Source: Cyanidioschyzon merolae (lineage: Eukaryota). Taken from it: a DNA stretch of 64,000 bases. The notes below the pieces were generated by a model that saw only the letters and a program-made list of their open reading frames with translations, did not search any database and was not told the origin of the DNA. The DNA lies in assembly GCA_000091205.1 (NCBI GenBank), contig AP006499.2. The stretch is one strand, 5' to 3'. Made by a program: the position numbers and the translations under genes. Below, one piece after another: positions 51,198 through 63,852 of the stretch (within the stretch, counting starts at the first letter, position 1; every line of letters starts with the position of its first letter).

Positions 51198-52841
51198 TTA
51201 GCACTGAGCTTCGTGTTCAAAGTATGGCTGGTCCTCGTGTGGCATTCGAGGACTTACTGCCGAGCTGAAGTAGTAGAAGCCAGGATAGTCGGCGAGATTA
51301 GAGCACCGCTCCGTGTAGAGATCGGCGAAGAAGCTGACCTGGTGCGCGAAGAGCGTCGTTCGATGTGCCGATCGAAACAAACCACCAAAGTGCGGATTAA
51401 AAGCATCCTCAATGGACTCTCGGACCTTTTGGAGCTCAGCCTGCAGGATTCCTTCTTCATCGGGTCGTTGGCGAGCGGAGGCATCCAAGCCCCGAAACAT
51501 CTCCGCTCGCAAAAACTCCAAAGCGCCCAGTCGGTCGAGAAGCCCTCGCGCTCGAGCCAGAGCACCGATCTCTGCACTGAGTTCGGGGACAACCAGCAAC
51601 GTACGCCAGTGATGCGTCTTCCGCGCGACCAAGACGTCTGCGTAGATGTGGTCACCGACGTAGAGAACAGTGCTTCCTCGAGAGATTCCTGCGAGCTCGT
51701 GAAAGGCGCTAATGGATCCACCTTTGAAGACTCTACCCCGCAGCGGCCGAGCACTCAGTTGGTCAGTGCGCACCTCGTATAACATGGACCTTCCGCTTTT
51801 GGTGTCGATTTCCCGCAGAGCTGTACCCGAACGAAAGAAGAGCGGCTTTTGAGCCCCCACGATGCAAAAGTCGAACGCTTCTCGCCAGCCGGCGTTGGGT
51901 TCCGCCCCGTTCGCAAACCGCCCTAGTATGAACCTGAGCACTGCATCCGTGTACCAGTATTCGGAATTCGTGAGCAGGAACAGCTGTTTCCCGGCATGTC
52001 TAAGCAAACGCAACATTCGATGGATAGCATCATCGTTTGGTAGATAGTCTGCGAGCCGGGCAAGGGTCTCGTTTTTCAGGATGCCGTGGTCGTGGATTCG
52101 ATCCGCTGCAGCTCGAACATCCTGCCATAAGTTGAAAAAGCTCAGGCGGCCGTGGTCACCATCACCGAAACGAGCACCTTCTGCAGATTCCTCTGCGGAC
52201 TGATCGAAGTACTCCACGAGATCAGCGTACAGGTTGGCGATCGGCAGATGGTACAGCGTGTCCATGCTCTGGAACTCCTCCCCGACCTGAGCAGAAGCGA
52301 TGTTTCCCGCTGGATAGGCAGCATCGACTTGTTCCGCGGTTAAGCGTCGGCGACCGTGAACGGCGCGCAGAATGACACCGTAAGCATCGCACTTGACAAA
52401 GTTTCCACGAAGAGCATCCACCAAAAGACCCCGAATGAGAAAACCCTCGTCAAAACGCCATTCCAAGATGCACTCTGGGTAACAAAACTGCTCGACCAGT
52501 TCGCGACATATAAGGTTGTACTGGAGCTGATCAAATGCAGGTCGCAGGTACGCTGCGAGCGTATAGTCCATATCGAAGCCGATGTGTGTAATGTGGTCCA
52601 AGTTCACGTCGCGGTTTGAGTAGACGCGTTGCGCTGCTGCGCGGCGAAACTTGCGAACGGCACCCTGTGCCTTCCAGGAACGAATATCGTCCGCTGTAAT
52701 GACCCGCACGAGATCTGACGCACGCTCTCCTCCAGCCAAGTGGTTCAGAACGCTTTTGGGGCTCATAGGGCTCCGCGTTGCACCACCACCAGGTAAGGTT
52801 GCTCTCGACGTTTCGTCTGAGGGTTCCCCCGACGCTGACAT
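51198..52841 (-). CDS. cytosolic purine 5'-nucleotidase (HAD superfamily, cN-II/NT5C2 family)
   Basis: GFDMDYTLAAY (HAD motif I), KCDAYGVILRAVHG, NSEYWYTD, DFCIVGAQKPLFF, YVGDHIYADV and HHWRTLLVVPELSAEI, collinear with NT5C2. Confidence 0.85.
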   Translation of the reverse strand: MSASGEPSDETSRATLPGGGATRSPMSPKSVLNHLAGGERASDLVRVITADDIRSWKAQGAVRKFRRAAAQRVYSNRDVNLDHITHIGFDMDYTLAAYLRPAFDQLQYNLICRELVEQFCYPECILEWRFDEGFLIRGLLVDALRGNFVKCDAYGVILRAVHGRRRLTAEQVDAAYPAGNIASAQVGEEFQSMDTLYHLPIANLYADLVEYFDQSAEESAEGARFGDGDHGRLSFFNLWQDVRAAADRIHDHGILKNETLARLADYLPNDDAIHRMLRLLRHAGKQLFLLTNSEYWYTDAVLRFILGRFANGAEPNAGWREAFDFCIVGAQKPLFFRSGTALREIDTKSGRSMLYEVRTDQLSARPLRGRVFKGGSISAFHELAGISRGSTVLYVGDHIYADVLVARKTHHWRTLLVVPELSAEIGALARARGLLDRLGALEFLRAEMFRGLDASARQRPDEEGILQAELQKVRESIEDAFNPHFGGLFRSAHRTTLFAHQVSFFADLYTERCSNLADYPGFYYFSSAVSPRMPHEDQPYFEHEAQC

Positions 52842-52924
52842 GTTTCAGGCTTGCTCGTGTGACCTGCTGGTGCACACCTAGCGTCGCGTTAACTCGTCCC
52901 TATGAGAGAAGCGCAAACAAACAC

Positions 52925-53950
52925 TCAAAATTGAGACACGAAGCGACAGGGTGCCAGAAAGCTACGGAACACACCGCGGTTCGTGGAGCGTATCTCCGGG
53001 CGCGCTCGGGCGACACGCGGGGATACGCGACGGTCGTGCAAAATGAATATCCACTCACAGACGCCTCGGGGTCTTTCTTTTTTTGACCAGCCCCCTGCTA
53101 TCGGTATCAGCTTCTCCTTGTAAACCTTGAGCCTGAGAGGTATTCCAATAAAGTTCGATGTCGTCAGCTCCTCAGGTCTCGTCTGCAGCACCGCACATTG
53201 TCTGATATTGATAGCAGCGTTAAAGTACTGCTGTACGAACTCCGCGCGCTTCGTACCGCTGCTTGATCTCACCGTGGCGGGGGTTCCTCGAACTCGTGCC
53301 TTTTGTTCCATTTGGCGCTTTGTCGGCTCTCTGTACTTCCGATCGGCGAAGCGCTCCGCTGGCTTAGCTCCGTTTGGACCGTTTGGAGAGGGCACCCCAG
53401 CTCATCCCTTAATTTTCTAAAATGAATACACTTGTTTATGCCGCTAGGTGAAGACCTTCCTGGAGCGAGAAGGACTTGGGGAAGAAAGACGACATATGTC
53501 TCCGTGGAACCATGTGGTAAACGCTTCAGTGCTTCGCCCGCTGGTGCCATCATTACGTTGCAAGATAGAAATTACTCTTTCGATCGGGTTGAGCCATGGA
53601 GGATACGTAGTAATGAAAAGCAGCTCTACTCCCCGGTAGAATCGGCAAAAACTCGATGGTTAGGGGAATGGTCAATGGCCATGTTCTGTAATTGAAGGTC
53701 GTCACCAGATGTCATGGGAAACGACTTCAGTGCTTCGAAGAAGTCGGGGCTGTTGTACGAGCCTTCGCTACGAGCGAAACGGATGCCGCCAAATGAATCC
53801 ATTGTAGCTAGAACAGATGATGATGTTGTCGTTGTCTTCAAGTTCGATTGCACATACAACGTGCTCCCTTTTCTGCGAGTACCCATATACGCTCCCGAGG
53901 TTGCGTCCGAAGGAAATCTCATCGACTGAAAAAACAAACCGATATCCTTT
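52925..53950 (-). pseudogene. decayed second copy of the TnpB/Fanzor-like gene (frameshifted; RuvC-III Asp lost)
   Basis: ORF 52925-53395 reads EFVQQYFNAAINIRQCAVLQTRPEELTTSNFIGIPLRLKVYKEKL. Copy 1 has [46 protein letters not shown] at the same place. The upstream frame 53269-53553 carries RDELGCPLQTVQTELSQRS, matching [19 protein letters not shown]. It sits in an AT-rich island at 53400-54500. DNA homology between the copies ends near 53125. Confidence 0.5.
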
Positions 53951-55213
53951 GCCTCAAAGTAATCGCGACGTTCCAGGAACGCTGTCGATTCGATTTCGTT
54001 GCCAGAGAGCCGTGACTGAAATCCGACTTGTTTACGAACTGTATCCCAGTGAATTCAGGGTCACACGAAGCAGCTGTTCAGAAACAGAGATGGCCATTGC
54101 GGCTGCAAGCTTCCCTTTTGCCGTCCGTAAGGTGCTCAACGGGTCGTTTTGTACCATGGACCGCAAGCAGTCTTTGAGCATATCGGTTTCCGGCACCGAG
54201 CGCATGTACTTCTTCGTCTCAGTGTTACTCAACCATCAGCGTCCCGTTGTATACTTGACCTCAATGCGGAATGCAGTCCTCCATGCACTGTTCAGTCAAG
54301 AATCTAGGTCGTCCACGATTTATACGGATACATTGCATCGTGATTTCGACTTTCTCCTACACACTGCCAAAAAAAGCATTCGATTACACGCAGCTGGAAT
54401 GGAACAAAACTGAGCTGAAGTTTTTGTAACGACGCCAGTACTTCATTGGAACGCTGACAAAAAAGCATTCTTCCTTTGGTCAGAACGGTACTTGTGGTGC
54501 GGGTGTACGGGCATCACCCGCTATTTTAGGTTGCATGCTTTCGCTCAAAAATAAACGCTATACCAGGAAAAGCAACACATATGACCAGCCTTGCATCGTC
54601 AGAAACGCTCGCAACAGACATTTTGCGTGTGTCGGGCGCCTCGTTTGATACGCACCGTTGACTCGAACTCGAGCCTGCTCTTGATGATTGCCTTTGACAC
54701 GAAGTCCCGAGTGTCCCAGTGATGGGCAAGGTGCGTAGAAACGGTGCACGCTCCGTCTAGGCGAGTAGATGCTCGTGCGTAGTCACGGCATTGCAGACCG
54801 GATGTCGTTGAGCAGGTTCCTCTCAGGACCGAGAACGACACGCCTGCTTGGCGGAAAATGCTTTCACAGACTGTTGACGATGTCACAGCGGAATCCAGCT
54901 CCGACCGATATAGATACATGATCGCTCCTAGAACGGGAGCAGAGGCATGAACCGAGACTGCTCGTGATCTCGTTCTGTTTTCAAGTGCGTGCCACCCCGT
55001 TCGCCCGAGGTTTCCTATCTCCATCTCGCTGCCTAACTTGCTGCAGTTGGCGACCTCGTCCCACTATCTATTATCATGAGACCTCTACCTATCATCCAAG
55101 CGGTATTCCCATTTCTCCATGAGAGCGTCGCCTTTAGCGGACAGCGTCGCCATGAACGATTGTTCCAGAATTACTTGCGTCCTCTTTACGATTGCATATC
55201 CATGTTCATCAGG

Positions 55214-55248
55214 CACCACCACCACCACCACCACCACCACCACCACCA
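55214..55248. repeat. (CAC)n microsatellite, ~11 units
   Basis: caccaccaccacc... in the 3' flank of the 55264-56382 gene. It produces the artefactual poly-His and poly-Val ORFs. Confidence 0.9.
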
Positions 55249-55263
55249 TAATACAGAGCGCGC

Positions 55264-56382
55264 TCAACGTTTGGATCCCGTGTCGGTTGTTTTGGCGGTT
55301 CGGACAGCTCCTTTCGATCCAGTACCTACGATGCTGCGCATCATTTGGTGGTGCTCGATCAACCACTCGTTAGAATGCTCCGCGGCTGCAGCTGTTTCTC
55401 CAGACCTGCTCCTTGCGTCATTCCGCGGCGGTAGTCTGGACCTTCGCATTTTCTGCATTTGTTGCTTCAGCACTTGAATAACCTTGCGATTCAGCGGCGT
55501 ATCGACGCTAATCAGGATTGCAACCAGCATGACTACTGTGCTTGCGACGACGGCGAGGATTGTGAACAGCAAACGATACTCCCGCCCGGATTCGGCTGGG
55601 GTTATTTCAACAACGCCATCCAGCACTTTGATGCTATACCCGAGCATCGAGTTGCGATCCAGGAAAGCCGCAATCGATCCCTCCGGTTGCGTGGACACCA
55701 GTGAGGCGAGCTGCTCTGGGCGGAACCCCAGTTCGATTAAGAGCTCCCGATTTTTCCACTGTCGTTCGAGGAAAACCGTCAAGCGGAGGATGCAAGGTCC
55801 GGGCGGGAATGCAGCATGCACGGCCAGTGGATAGACGAAGGAGAGCTCTTGTCCTCGGGTTAGCGTTCGATTCACCAGCAAGAACGACATGTTTTGGAGA
55901 TGCGCTGACGGGTTTTGTATCGCGTGCAACGCGCCGATAGCACCAACAACCAGATAGGGTTCATGTTCCGTCACATTATCCGCACTATTTCGAGCGTCTT
56001 CAGCGTCCTGGTGTGCCACGGTTACAAGGACGTACTTCGAATCGCCCGCGGCAAGCTTCACGGCGGTTTCTGCTTCGTGTCCAGCCTTGGCGGTCGAATT
56101 GTGTTCCGCACCGCCAACGAACGCGTAAGCGTATTCTATATCTTCCGGAGCGTCAGGCGGGTCCGTAAGAGGGTGCACCTTGGAGATCAGGTGCCGCCGA
56201 ACGAACTTGTCGAAGACACTGAGCACCTCAAGCGCGGTGCTCTCCGAGCTGTCGTCACTTGCTTTTTCGTCACCTCTCACGGATTTCGAGCCCAAAACGA
56301 GCAGACACCGGGTTGAAACCAGTAGCGTACATAGTACGACGGCAAGGAAAACAGTCTTCCCTCCGGATGATACCCTCATCAT
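55264..56382 (-). CDS. hypothetical type-I membrane / secreted protein (signal peptide + C-terminal TM)
   Basis: The N-terminus MMRVSSGGKTVFLAVVLCTLLVSTRCLLVLG looks like a signal peptide. The C-terminal TM helix is LLFTILAVVASTVVMLVAILISV, followed by a basic tail. No domain was recognised. Confidence 0.4.
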   Translation of the reverse strand: MMRVSSGGKTVFLAVVLCTLLVSTRCLLVLGSKSVRGDEKASDDSSESTALEVLSVFDKFVRRHLISKVHPLTDPPDAPEDIEYAYAFVGGAEHNSTAKAGHEAETAVKLAAGDSKYVLVTVAHQDAEDARNSADNVTEHEPYLVVGAIGALHAIQNPSAHLQNMSFLLVNRTLTRGQELSFVYPLAVHAAFPPGPCILRLTVFLERQWKNRELLIELGFRPEQLASLVSTQPEGSIAAFLDRNSMLGYSIKVLDGVVEITPAESGREYRLLFTILAVVASTVVMLVAILISVDTPLNRKVIQVLKQQMQKMRRSRLPPRNDARSRSGETAAAAEHSNEWLIEHHQMMRSIVGTGSKGAVRTAKTTDTGSKR

Positions 56383-56943
56383 ACAGTGTTTTCTTTAGGG
56401 TCCTTCAAACCGCACGGGGAGAAACGAAGCATTCGATGCGATCGGGCGGCCGGTGGCGGGACGTCGCTCCGATGCTCCTCGTCACCGCTGCGTCACCGTT
56501 CGCTCCGCTGAACGCAAACTTTGAGGCGAAGATCAGACACTGCTGTCTTCCTTGAATCGGTTTCGCTGCATAGCCGCGTATCCGAAGCTGCTGGAAACGG
56601 TGCGTGCAAGCTTCGCGCTTTGAAGCTGTGCTCCCGGGAAGGACAGGGGCCCTCAAGCGTTCTTGAGAGACGAGGTTCTCCGTCCGAGCCACAGGGGCTC
56701 GCACTTGAACGGAGTCTTCCGCTGTCACGGTCTCGTAGGGTTTCAACCGGGCCGCAGTTGCTGCTGTGGCTCTAAGGTGAACGAAGCGATCAGCTGGCAC
56801 GTTATCATACTCGTTCGTTTGCGCTGCTCTTGCTGTTTCTCAACGACTCTGGAGACCCTGACGTCTGAGGCGTCCCGAAAGCGTTTCGAGTGCGCCCCAG
56901 TGGACGCAGCGTGCACGTGCGTGCTGCACTTGACTAGCCAAGT

Positions 56944-57381
56944 GTGCCTATGGCGGACCTGGTTCGAGAGCGCCTCGCTCCGGTGTCAACCTACCGAGAT
57001 CGTCAGTACGTTGGCACATATGAACAGCGCGAGGAACAGCTGCTGAAAACGCAAACAGTATACGTGGGAAACTTGTCCGTTTACACGACGGAGGAACAGA
57101 TATATCAAGTTTTTGGCATGGCTGGTGAGGTCAAGCGTGTGGTCATGGGTCTCGATCGTTTCAAGCTGACACCATGTGGGTTCTGTTTTGTGGAATTCAT
57201 GTCCCGAGAGGGCGCTGAATACGCCGTAGAGTTGCTGAATCGCAGCACGCTGGATGACCAGATCATCAAAGTGGACTTTGACGTCGGCTTTCAAGAGGGC
57301 CGCCAATGGGGTCGCGGCATAAGCGGCGGCCAGCGGGCTCAGGATCGGCAGGAAAAACGCGTCGCGCGCAAGTACCGATGA
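56944..57381 (+). CDS. CBP20: nuclear cap-binding protein subunit 2 (CBP20), RRM
   Basis: VYVGNLSVYTTEEQIYQVFGMAGEVKRVVMGLDRFKLTPCGFCFVEFMSREGAEYAVELLNRSTLDDQIIKVDFDVGFQEGRQWGRG is almost collinear with metazoan NCBP2. Confidence 0.85.
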   Translation: MPMADLVRERLAPVSTYRDRQYVGTYEQREEQLLKTQTVYVGNLSVYTTEEQIYQVFGMAGEVKRVVMGLDRFKLTPCGFCFVEFMSREGAEYAVELLNRSTLDDQIIKVDFDVGFQEGRQWGRGISGGQRAQDRQEKRVARKYR

Positions 57382-59374
57382 AAGAATCGCTTTGGATACG
57401 CGTCGCCCGCGAAAAGCCAAGCCAAGCGAAGCGAAGCCAACGCAGTCTTTCCATGAGACCTTCAGATCAAGAATCGCTGTGCGCCCGGAGCAGGGCGGTC
57501 ACATGGTGTCGTTCGATATCGGGTAGCGAATGGGAGAGGCCTTTTGTGCGCTCCCTACCATAGATCGACTTGTTCTATGCGGCGTCGTGAAGTGAACTGC
57601 CTCTGTTCAAGCAACTGCAGTGCTTGGCATAGATGTCTGTAGGAGAAAAGGCTTTTTGGTAATGGCGATGGTCCCCAGGGGCATCCCTTCTGCATGTTGT
57701 GTGAATCCGCAGTGTCAAGGCGTTGAAACGCGACGCACGATGCCATGGTGCGCAGCCGCAGTGCTGCGGTTACACAGCGAGCTCATTCCGGTACCATGGA
57801 TCGATTAGGATGTGGATGCTGCGCACGGCGACCCGCATCGGATGCGTCGACAGGGGAACAGGTCGTATGCGGGTGACTTCGACCTAAGAATGGGCGATGA
57901 TCCCGTAGCCACAGTTCACGCGCATGGTGACCAGGAGGCATCGAGCTGTGGCTCCAGGTACGCTTCCCGGTGTCTCTACACAGCATCTCTGGTCCCGCAA
58001 GATTTTATCGATGGAGGCTTGTCGAGCATTTTCCATGGATGTGCGTTTCGCTCTTAACAATATTGTCATGGCGCTTGGAGCCAAAGCAAAGAACTACAAA
58101 GCGCATCAGCATGAACGATGCGATTGTCTAAACTCTGCGCAAAGTAGACCGAAAGGCATCTCGTGCCGATGCTTTCTCACGGAGTCGCATGGACGACGTT
58201 GTTCTTGATCCATCATGGATTGCAGATGCACTGTATGTAAGGCTGCTACCCATGCTCGTCTAGGAAAATGATGCGATCGACGCGCACGGCGTCAGTACGC
58301 ATCCAGCAGAAGATCTGCACCGGACTGCAATAGGAACCGATCGCAAAACACGCTCTTCGGTTATGAAGGTTTTCCGGTTCGCTGTTCTCGTTGATCCGGA
58401 AACCTTGCGCGCCTTGCCTGTCGTTCCGGTAAAAGTCCGGGGTCGTACCAGACACCTTCGTTCCGAGGTGTGTTTCGGCCGCAGATTGCCTGCGAGTTCA
58501 ACATGAAACCGCCACCGAAGCCAACAACACCCACATCGCGATCTCAGCTCCATCGCAAGCACCCGTCTATGCCTCAGATCCCTCCAGTACTGCGTCTCGA
58601 TAAGCGGGATCCTTCAACCCATTTTCGAGCATCAATGCCGTCATTCCGATGTGTACAGAGCGCTATGCGACGCAAATGCGTGCATTCGCTACACGTGTCC
58701 ACCGGCCGCGCACGCATCTCCAAAAAGTGGACCAGTACCCACTGGAGGCTGCACTGCAACATCGGATTGGGTATTCGATACCCACATCCACAAGCTAAGT
58801 GTTGATCTGTTTTTTCTTCACCCGATGTATCGAGCCAACGCCTGTCCACCAGATTCCATCGAGCGCCAGAATACTGCCCAGTGCCACATAAAGCGCCTTC
58901 TGCACATCCACGACTAGAGACATCCGCTTCCCGATGACTCAGTTCCTCTCTTCTGTGAAGAAATCGGCATGTGATTCCATACATCCTTCAACGCATGCGT
59001 TCCACAACGATGAGCGTCCATTGAGGATGCGATCCTCAGGTAGCACCGTAGCCGCGATGCCGCCGTGACGCCAAGCGCGCCGGTGCCAAAGGGCCATCGG
59101 ATCGATGATCTCCAGGTTAAAAACTACGCAACAAGGTACTCGGAAGTACGTCGAACGACGGCTACTTTCAGTACGATCGATATCGAGTGCAACATCGGGG
59201 ATTCCCGGTCCAAAGCAACCCGCTGATCCACGAAGCAAAAATCGGATTTTTGACGTCAATTTTCCGGGATCGTCGATGGCGCACAGCAATGCGCCGCAAC
59301 GCCGCCTCGCGCACGGATGCCATGATGATGCGTGCAAGGACGACGTCGCTGCTGCTGCTGCTGCTGCTGCTGAA

Positions 59375-59935
59375 CCGGTGCTCATGCAGACGCTTCGGGC
59401 GACTCCGCTACTCTCGCAACTTGGCGAGAGCGACGCTGAGCTCCAACAGCATGCTATCAAAGAGCTTTTACAGATCGTTGATGATTGCTGGCCCGAGATC
59501 GCGTCGCTGTTACCGCGAATCGAGGAACTCTACGAGGATCAGGGCTGGGACGAGGCCTCGCGCCAGCACTCAGCACTGCTCGCGGCAAAGGTATTGTTTC
59601 ATCTGGGTGAGATAGATGAAGCGCTAATGTATGCTATGATGGCTGGAGACTTGTTTGTTGGGGACGATTCGAGTGAGTTTTCGCGAGTGCTGCGTGCACG
59701 TTGTCTGGACAAGTACGTGGCGCGGCGACAGCTCGACGGTGAGTCTGAAAACGCCTCTACCACCACCACCACCACCACCACCACAGAGGCGTATGCGGAA
59801 GATTTGGCGCCTAACGTCCTGGAAGCAGTCGTTAACCAAAGCATCTGGGCTTGCGTCGATGCTGGTGAATATAATGAAGCGCTGGGGATCGCCCTGGAAG
59901 CGCTACGTCTCGACGCCGTCAGTGCCGTACTCGGG

Positions 59936-59968
<33 letters not shown>

Positions 59969-62680
59969 ACTCAGAGCGCTGTTTCGAGTCTACTCGAATA
60001 CGCAATCGTATGCTGTCAGGAGCTCATATCGAAGCGCTGGCGCCGCGAAAAGATTCTGAGACATCTCGTGGAATGGCAAAACTCTCAACCAGAGGATCAA
60101 AGAGACGAGATGATTCTCTGTCGATGCCTGATGCTATTGCGGGATGCTAGCGGCGTGACGCAGATTCTACAGCGACAGTTACGCGAGCGAAAAGAGTCTC
60201 TGGCGTATCAGATAGCATTTGACCTCTGGGACCACGATGATCGGGCGCTTGTAGCACAGGTCCGGAACGACATCGTGGCTGCCATCGAGTCAAGAGATGC
60301 AGTGGCTGCCGCTGATCTCTCACGAACGAATGAGCACGCGATCCTTTTGAGCATTCTGAATGGCCGCATGCCTTCAGAACTCTATCTGGATTTTATGCGG
60401 CGTCGGAACTGCTTCGACAAGCGACTTTTGAAATCGTTGCTGCATCGGCTGGTAGCGCCACCATCACTAGCGCAGTCCGCGATCCTGTTCGCGTATGGGC
60501 TTGGTTTTGCAGGCACAGCGGATGACACGTTTCTCAGGGAGAATGTCGAGTGGCTCATGCGCACTGCAAACTGGACAAAGTTTTCCGCAACGGCGACGCT
60601 CGGCGTGGCGCACATTCGCAATGCCGATCAAGCGTTCGCGCTGCTTGCTCCGTACCTGTCGTCGTCGCATCAGGGGTCCATGGGCAGCTCTGCGTACTCG
60701 GAGGGAGGCGCGCTCTATGCGCTCGGACTCATTGCCGCGAGTGGTGTTGAGGCGCACAAGGTCGCCGAGTTTCGACGTTACTTGTTGGAGGCACTGCGCA
60801 ACGCTGGAACGAATGAAGTAATTCAGCACGGTGCGTGTTTAGCTCTCGGTTTGTGCGCGCTTGCTGACGGAGAACGTGAGACCAACAATGTGAGTCCGTC
60901 AGAGAGCGAATCTTTCCAGGAGCTGCGCAATGTACTTTACATGGATTCGGCTTTGGCAGGTGAAGCGGCAGCCTTGGGCATGGGTATGGCACTCGTCGGT
61001 ACCGGGGACGCGGGAGCGATCGAACAGATGCTCGAGTACGCTCGCGAGACGCAGCATCAGAAAATTATCCGTGGCTTGGCAATCGGTCTTGCCCTGGTGG
61101 TCTACGGCTGCGAGGAAGAGGCGGAACCCCTGATCCACCAGATGCTTGCCTCGGAGGACGGCACCATCCGATATGGAGCCGTCTTTGCTATTGGTCTAGC
61201 ATACTGCGGTTCCGGGAACAATGCGGCAACGAAACGCCTATTGCATGCTGCAGTCAGCGACGTTAACGACGATGTGCGTCGCGCAGCAGTCTTGAATTTG
61301 GGTTTTATCTTCGCTCGTGATAGAGATCAGCTGCCCCAGGTCGTCAGCTTGTTGGCTGAATCCTACAACCCACACGTACGGTACGGAGCGGCGATGGCGC
61401 TCGCCATCGGATGTGCATGCTCTGGGAACCAGGACGCTGCAAAGATTCTCCAAAAGCTGAGCAACGACACGGTTGATTTCGTGAGACAGGGCGCACTCAT
61501 CGCACTGGCGATGCTCTATCAGCACCACAACCAAACTCGCAGCGCGGCGTCAGCTGCACTTCGAAAACGACTAGATACCATAGCGAAAGATAAGCACGAG
61601 GAAATTTTGACGAAGTTCGGCGCGGTGCTTGCGATGGGCATTAGCGATTCAGGCGGACGCAATGCCGAAATAGCCCTGCTTTCCCGACTAACACAGAGTC
61701 TGAGGCCGACCGCAGTGGCGGGCATGGCGCTTTTCATGCAATACTGGTACTGGTATCCCATGGTGCCATTTCTGACCCTATCGCTGCGTCCAGCGGCTTG
61801 TGTTTTTGTGAATCAAGGCATGCAACTGATGCGCCTCAAACTCCAAGTTGAGGGAGATGACGAGCGCCTCGCGCAATTCACCTACGCGCCGATGTTCGAA
61901 GAGGACGACAACAAAATCGAGCGAAAACGGGAGAAAATGGTGCTCTCGGTGACGGCCAAGGCCGATCGCCTCAAGCGAATCCATCCAACATCACAGCAGC
62001 GAAACGACCAGGAAAGCGAGCACGGAACGCGGAAACCCGCCAAATCAAACGCCGCTGCACCGACGAGAGCCCCAGAACAGATGGATGTGATTGCGAACGA
62101 CGTCGTCGAGGAGCCAAAAATGGTCACTGAGCAGACCGCCGGAGATGCCTCTCGAGATCACCACCCGGAGGCGAAAGCGCATACGCCGAAAGCAACGAAT
62201 GCGCTGGCGCTTGCGGCCGTGTCGCTCCTGGAGAATCCCGCGCGGGTGCTGACGGCTCACGAGGGCTGGGTGTCGCTCGACGGTGACGATGCGCTTCGTT
62301 GGCGTCCTCTGCGACGCGGTGCTGGTATTGTTCTCGTGGAACGAGAGCCAGTACGTGATTCTGCATACCCTGATGCGCCCGACGGCGTTGTAGAACGCTT
62401 GCCGCCGCTCGCACCGCCCGTCGCACTGGCGAACGGTGCTCGTGGACGTGACGTATCAGGAGGTAGCGGCGCTGATGCTGGCGTCTCTGGCATTCCCGAA
62501 CATCCTGTTTACGATGATGAGGATCGGGAACCTGCAACACCTGAACCATTTGAATATACAAGCAATACGGCGTCCGCAGAACAAGGCAGTAACCAGAAGC
62601 ATCCTCCATCGCCGCCGAAATCTCCATCGACACACAAGAAAAACGACGATGACGACAAGGACGACGCTGCTGCAGTCTAG
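59375..62680 (+). CDS. RPN2: 26S proteasome regulatory subunit RPN2 (PSMD1) with poly-Ala/poly-Thr inserts and an acidic C-terminal tail
   Basis: The N-terminus reads ATPLLSQLGESDAELQQHAIKELLQIVDDCWPEIASLLPRIEELYED. PC (proteasome/cyclosome) repeats follow: ...GALYALGLIAASG..., ...GACLALGLCALAD..., ...GAVFAIGLAYCGSGN..., ...GAAMALAIGCACSGN.... The ORF track begins at 59105; the conserved N-terminus starts at M 59375. Confidence 0.9.
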
Positions 62681-63852
62681 CATTGCGGTTCGTTTGAGAC
62701 GTGAACGATGGACCCGTAAATGAACTTGTGCAATGTCCCGGGTTCGTCCAGGAGCATCTCTGAATCGACACTAGCAATCGGGGAAGCAAATGTCGTATCC
62801 CTCGAGAATGTCTGGAGCGTTCAAATGGTACCAGCTGTATTGTGGAAAGGCGTGTGCTTCAATGAGCGTCGGTGTTGTTGGGCTATATCAAATCCGTAGC
62901 ATCCCTGCCTATGGTGCTCCCATGTGTCGGAACGTAACATGACGATTCCAAATTCATGCCGTCCTTGGTTCCGGTACTCGTCGAGGTCGGCATGATACCA
63001 GGGGTCTCACAGATCGCCATCTCGACGCCAATGCACATACAGAAGCCACGAAGAAAGCGTATGTATCGTGCAGCAGCAGCGGCAGCAGCAGCGGCAGCAG
63101 CATAAGAAAAAGCATCCACGCCGAACACCCGAAGGCCAACACGCGCCTCGCTGCCCAGCAAAACAACGATACCCTGCGTACAGCCAAGGTCCATGTTCGG
63201 ATTCCGCAGCGCAGTGACTCGTCGCACAGCGATCCGAATGGAACCGAAGCGAAGCGTCACCACTTCAAGGACGCGAACTAGACCCTAAACCTCGCCCGAC
63301 TTGGATGGAATCGCCCATGTCTCGCGCGCACTCGAGGCGTGTGCACTCACCTGAGACCGTGCACAGCCTAGTGAAGCGCCCAGTGATACCGATCGATGCA
63401 GGTGTGCTCTCGGTTCCTTGACATCCACAGATGAGCTGTCGCACAGAGACGTTGCTCGGATGGACGGCTGACGCAGGTGTGCAGTTCTTGGTAAAGGCCC
63501 GCGAGCAGAAACTGAACGCAAAGAACGCTTCTCCTGCAGTTCAATCGTTTCGCAGTGGCGATCACTGGTTTGCATGAATGGTGCAGAGCAGCGTCGCCAG
63601 GATCATCACCATCCGGGTTGACGAGCGCTCGTGCAGTGGAGAAGCTACTGCACATACCTGCTGCGTCCATCGTGTTTGAATCCTGTAAAAGCAGAGCTAA
63701 TGAAAACACACGGAGATGAAAAAGCATCGCTGCGATCCCAACAACTGCAACCGATTCGACTTGAGCATGTGCGCCACGGAAAGCACGGCACCCTCGATAA
63801 CACGAAGAAAGACTCGTACACACACACACACACGAGCTCTGTTGCCAGTTGA

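Noticed and set aside
51254-51754. 166-aa minus-strand ORF
   Set aside because: It is an out-of-frame overlap inside the 5'-nucleotidase gene, which is read in another frame.
55076-55477. ORF encoding a 12-residue poly-His tract
   Set aside because: Produced by a (CAC)n microsatellite in the 3' flank of the 55264-56382 gene. The opposite strand gives poly-Val. Not a His-rich protein.
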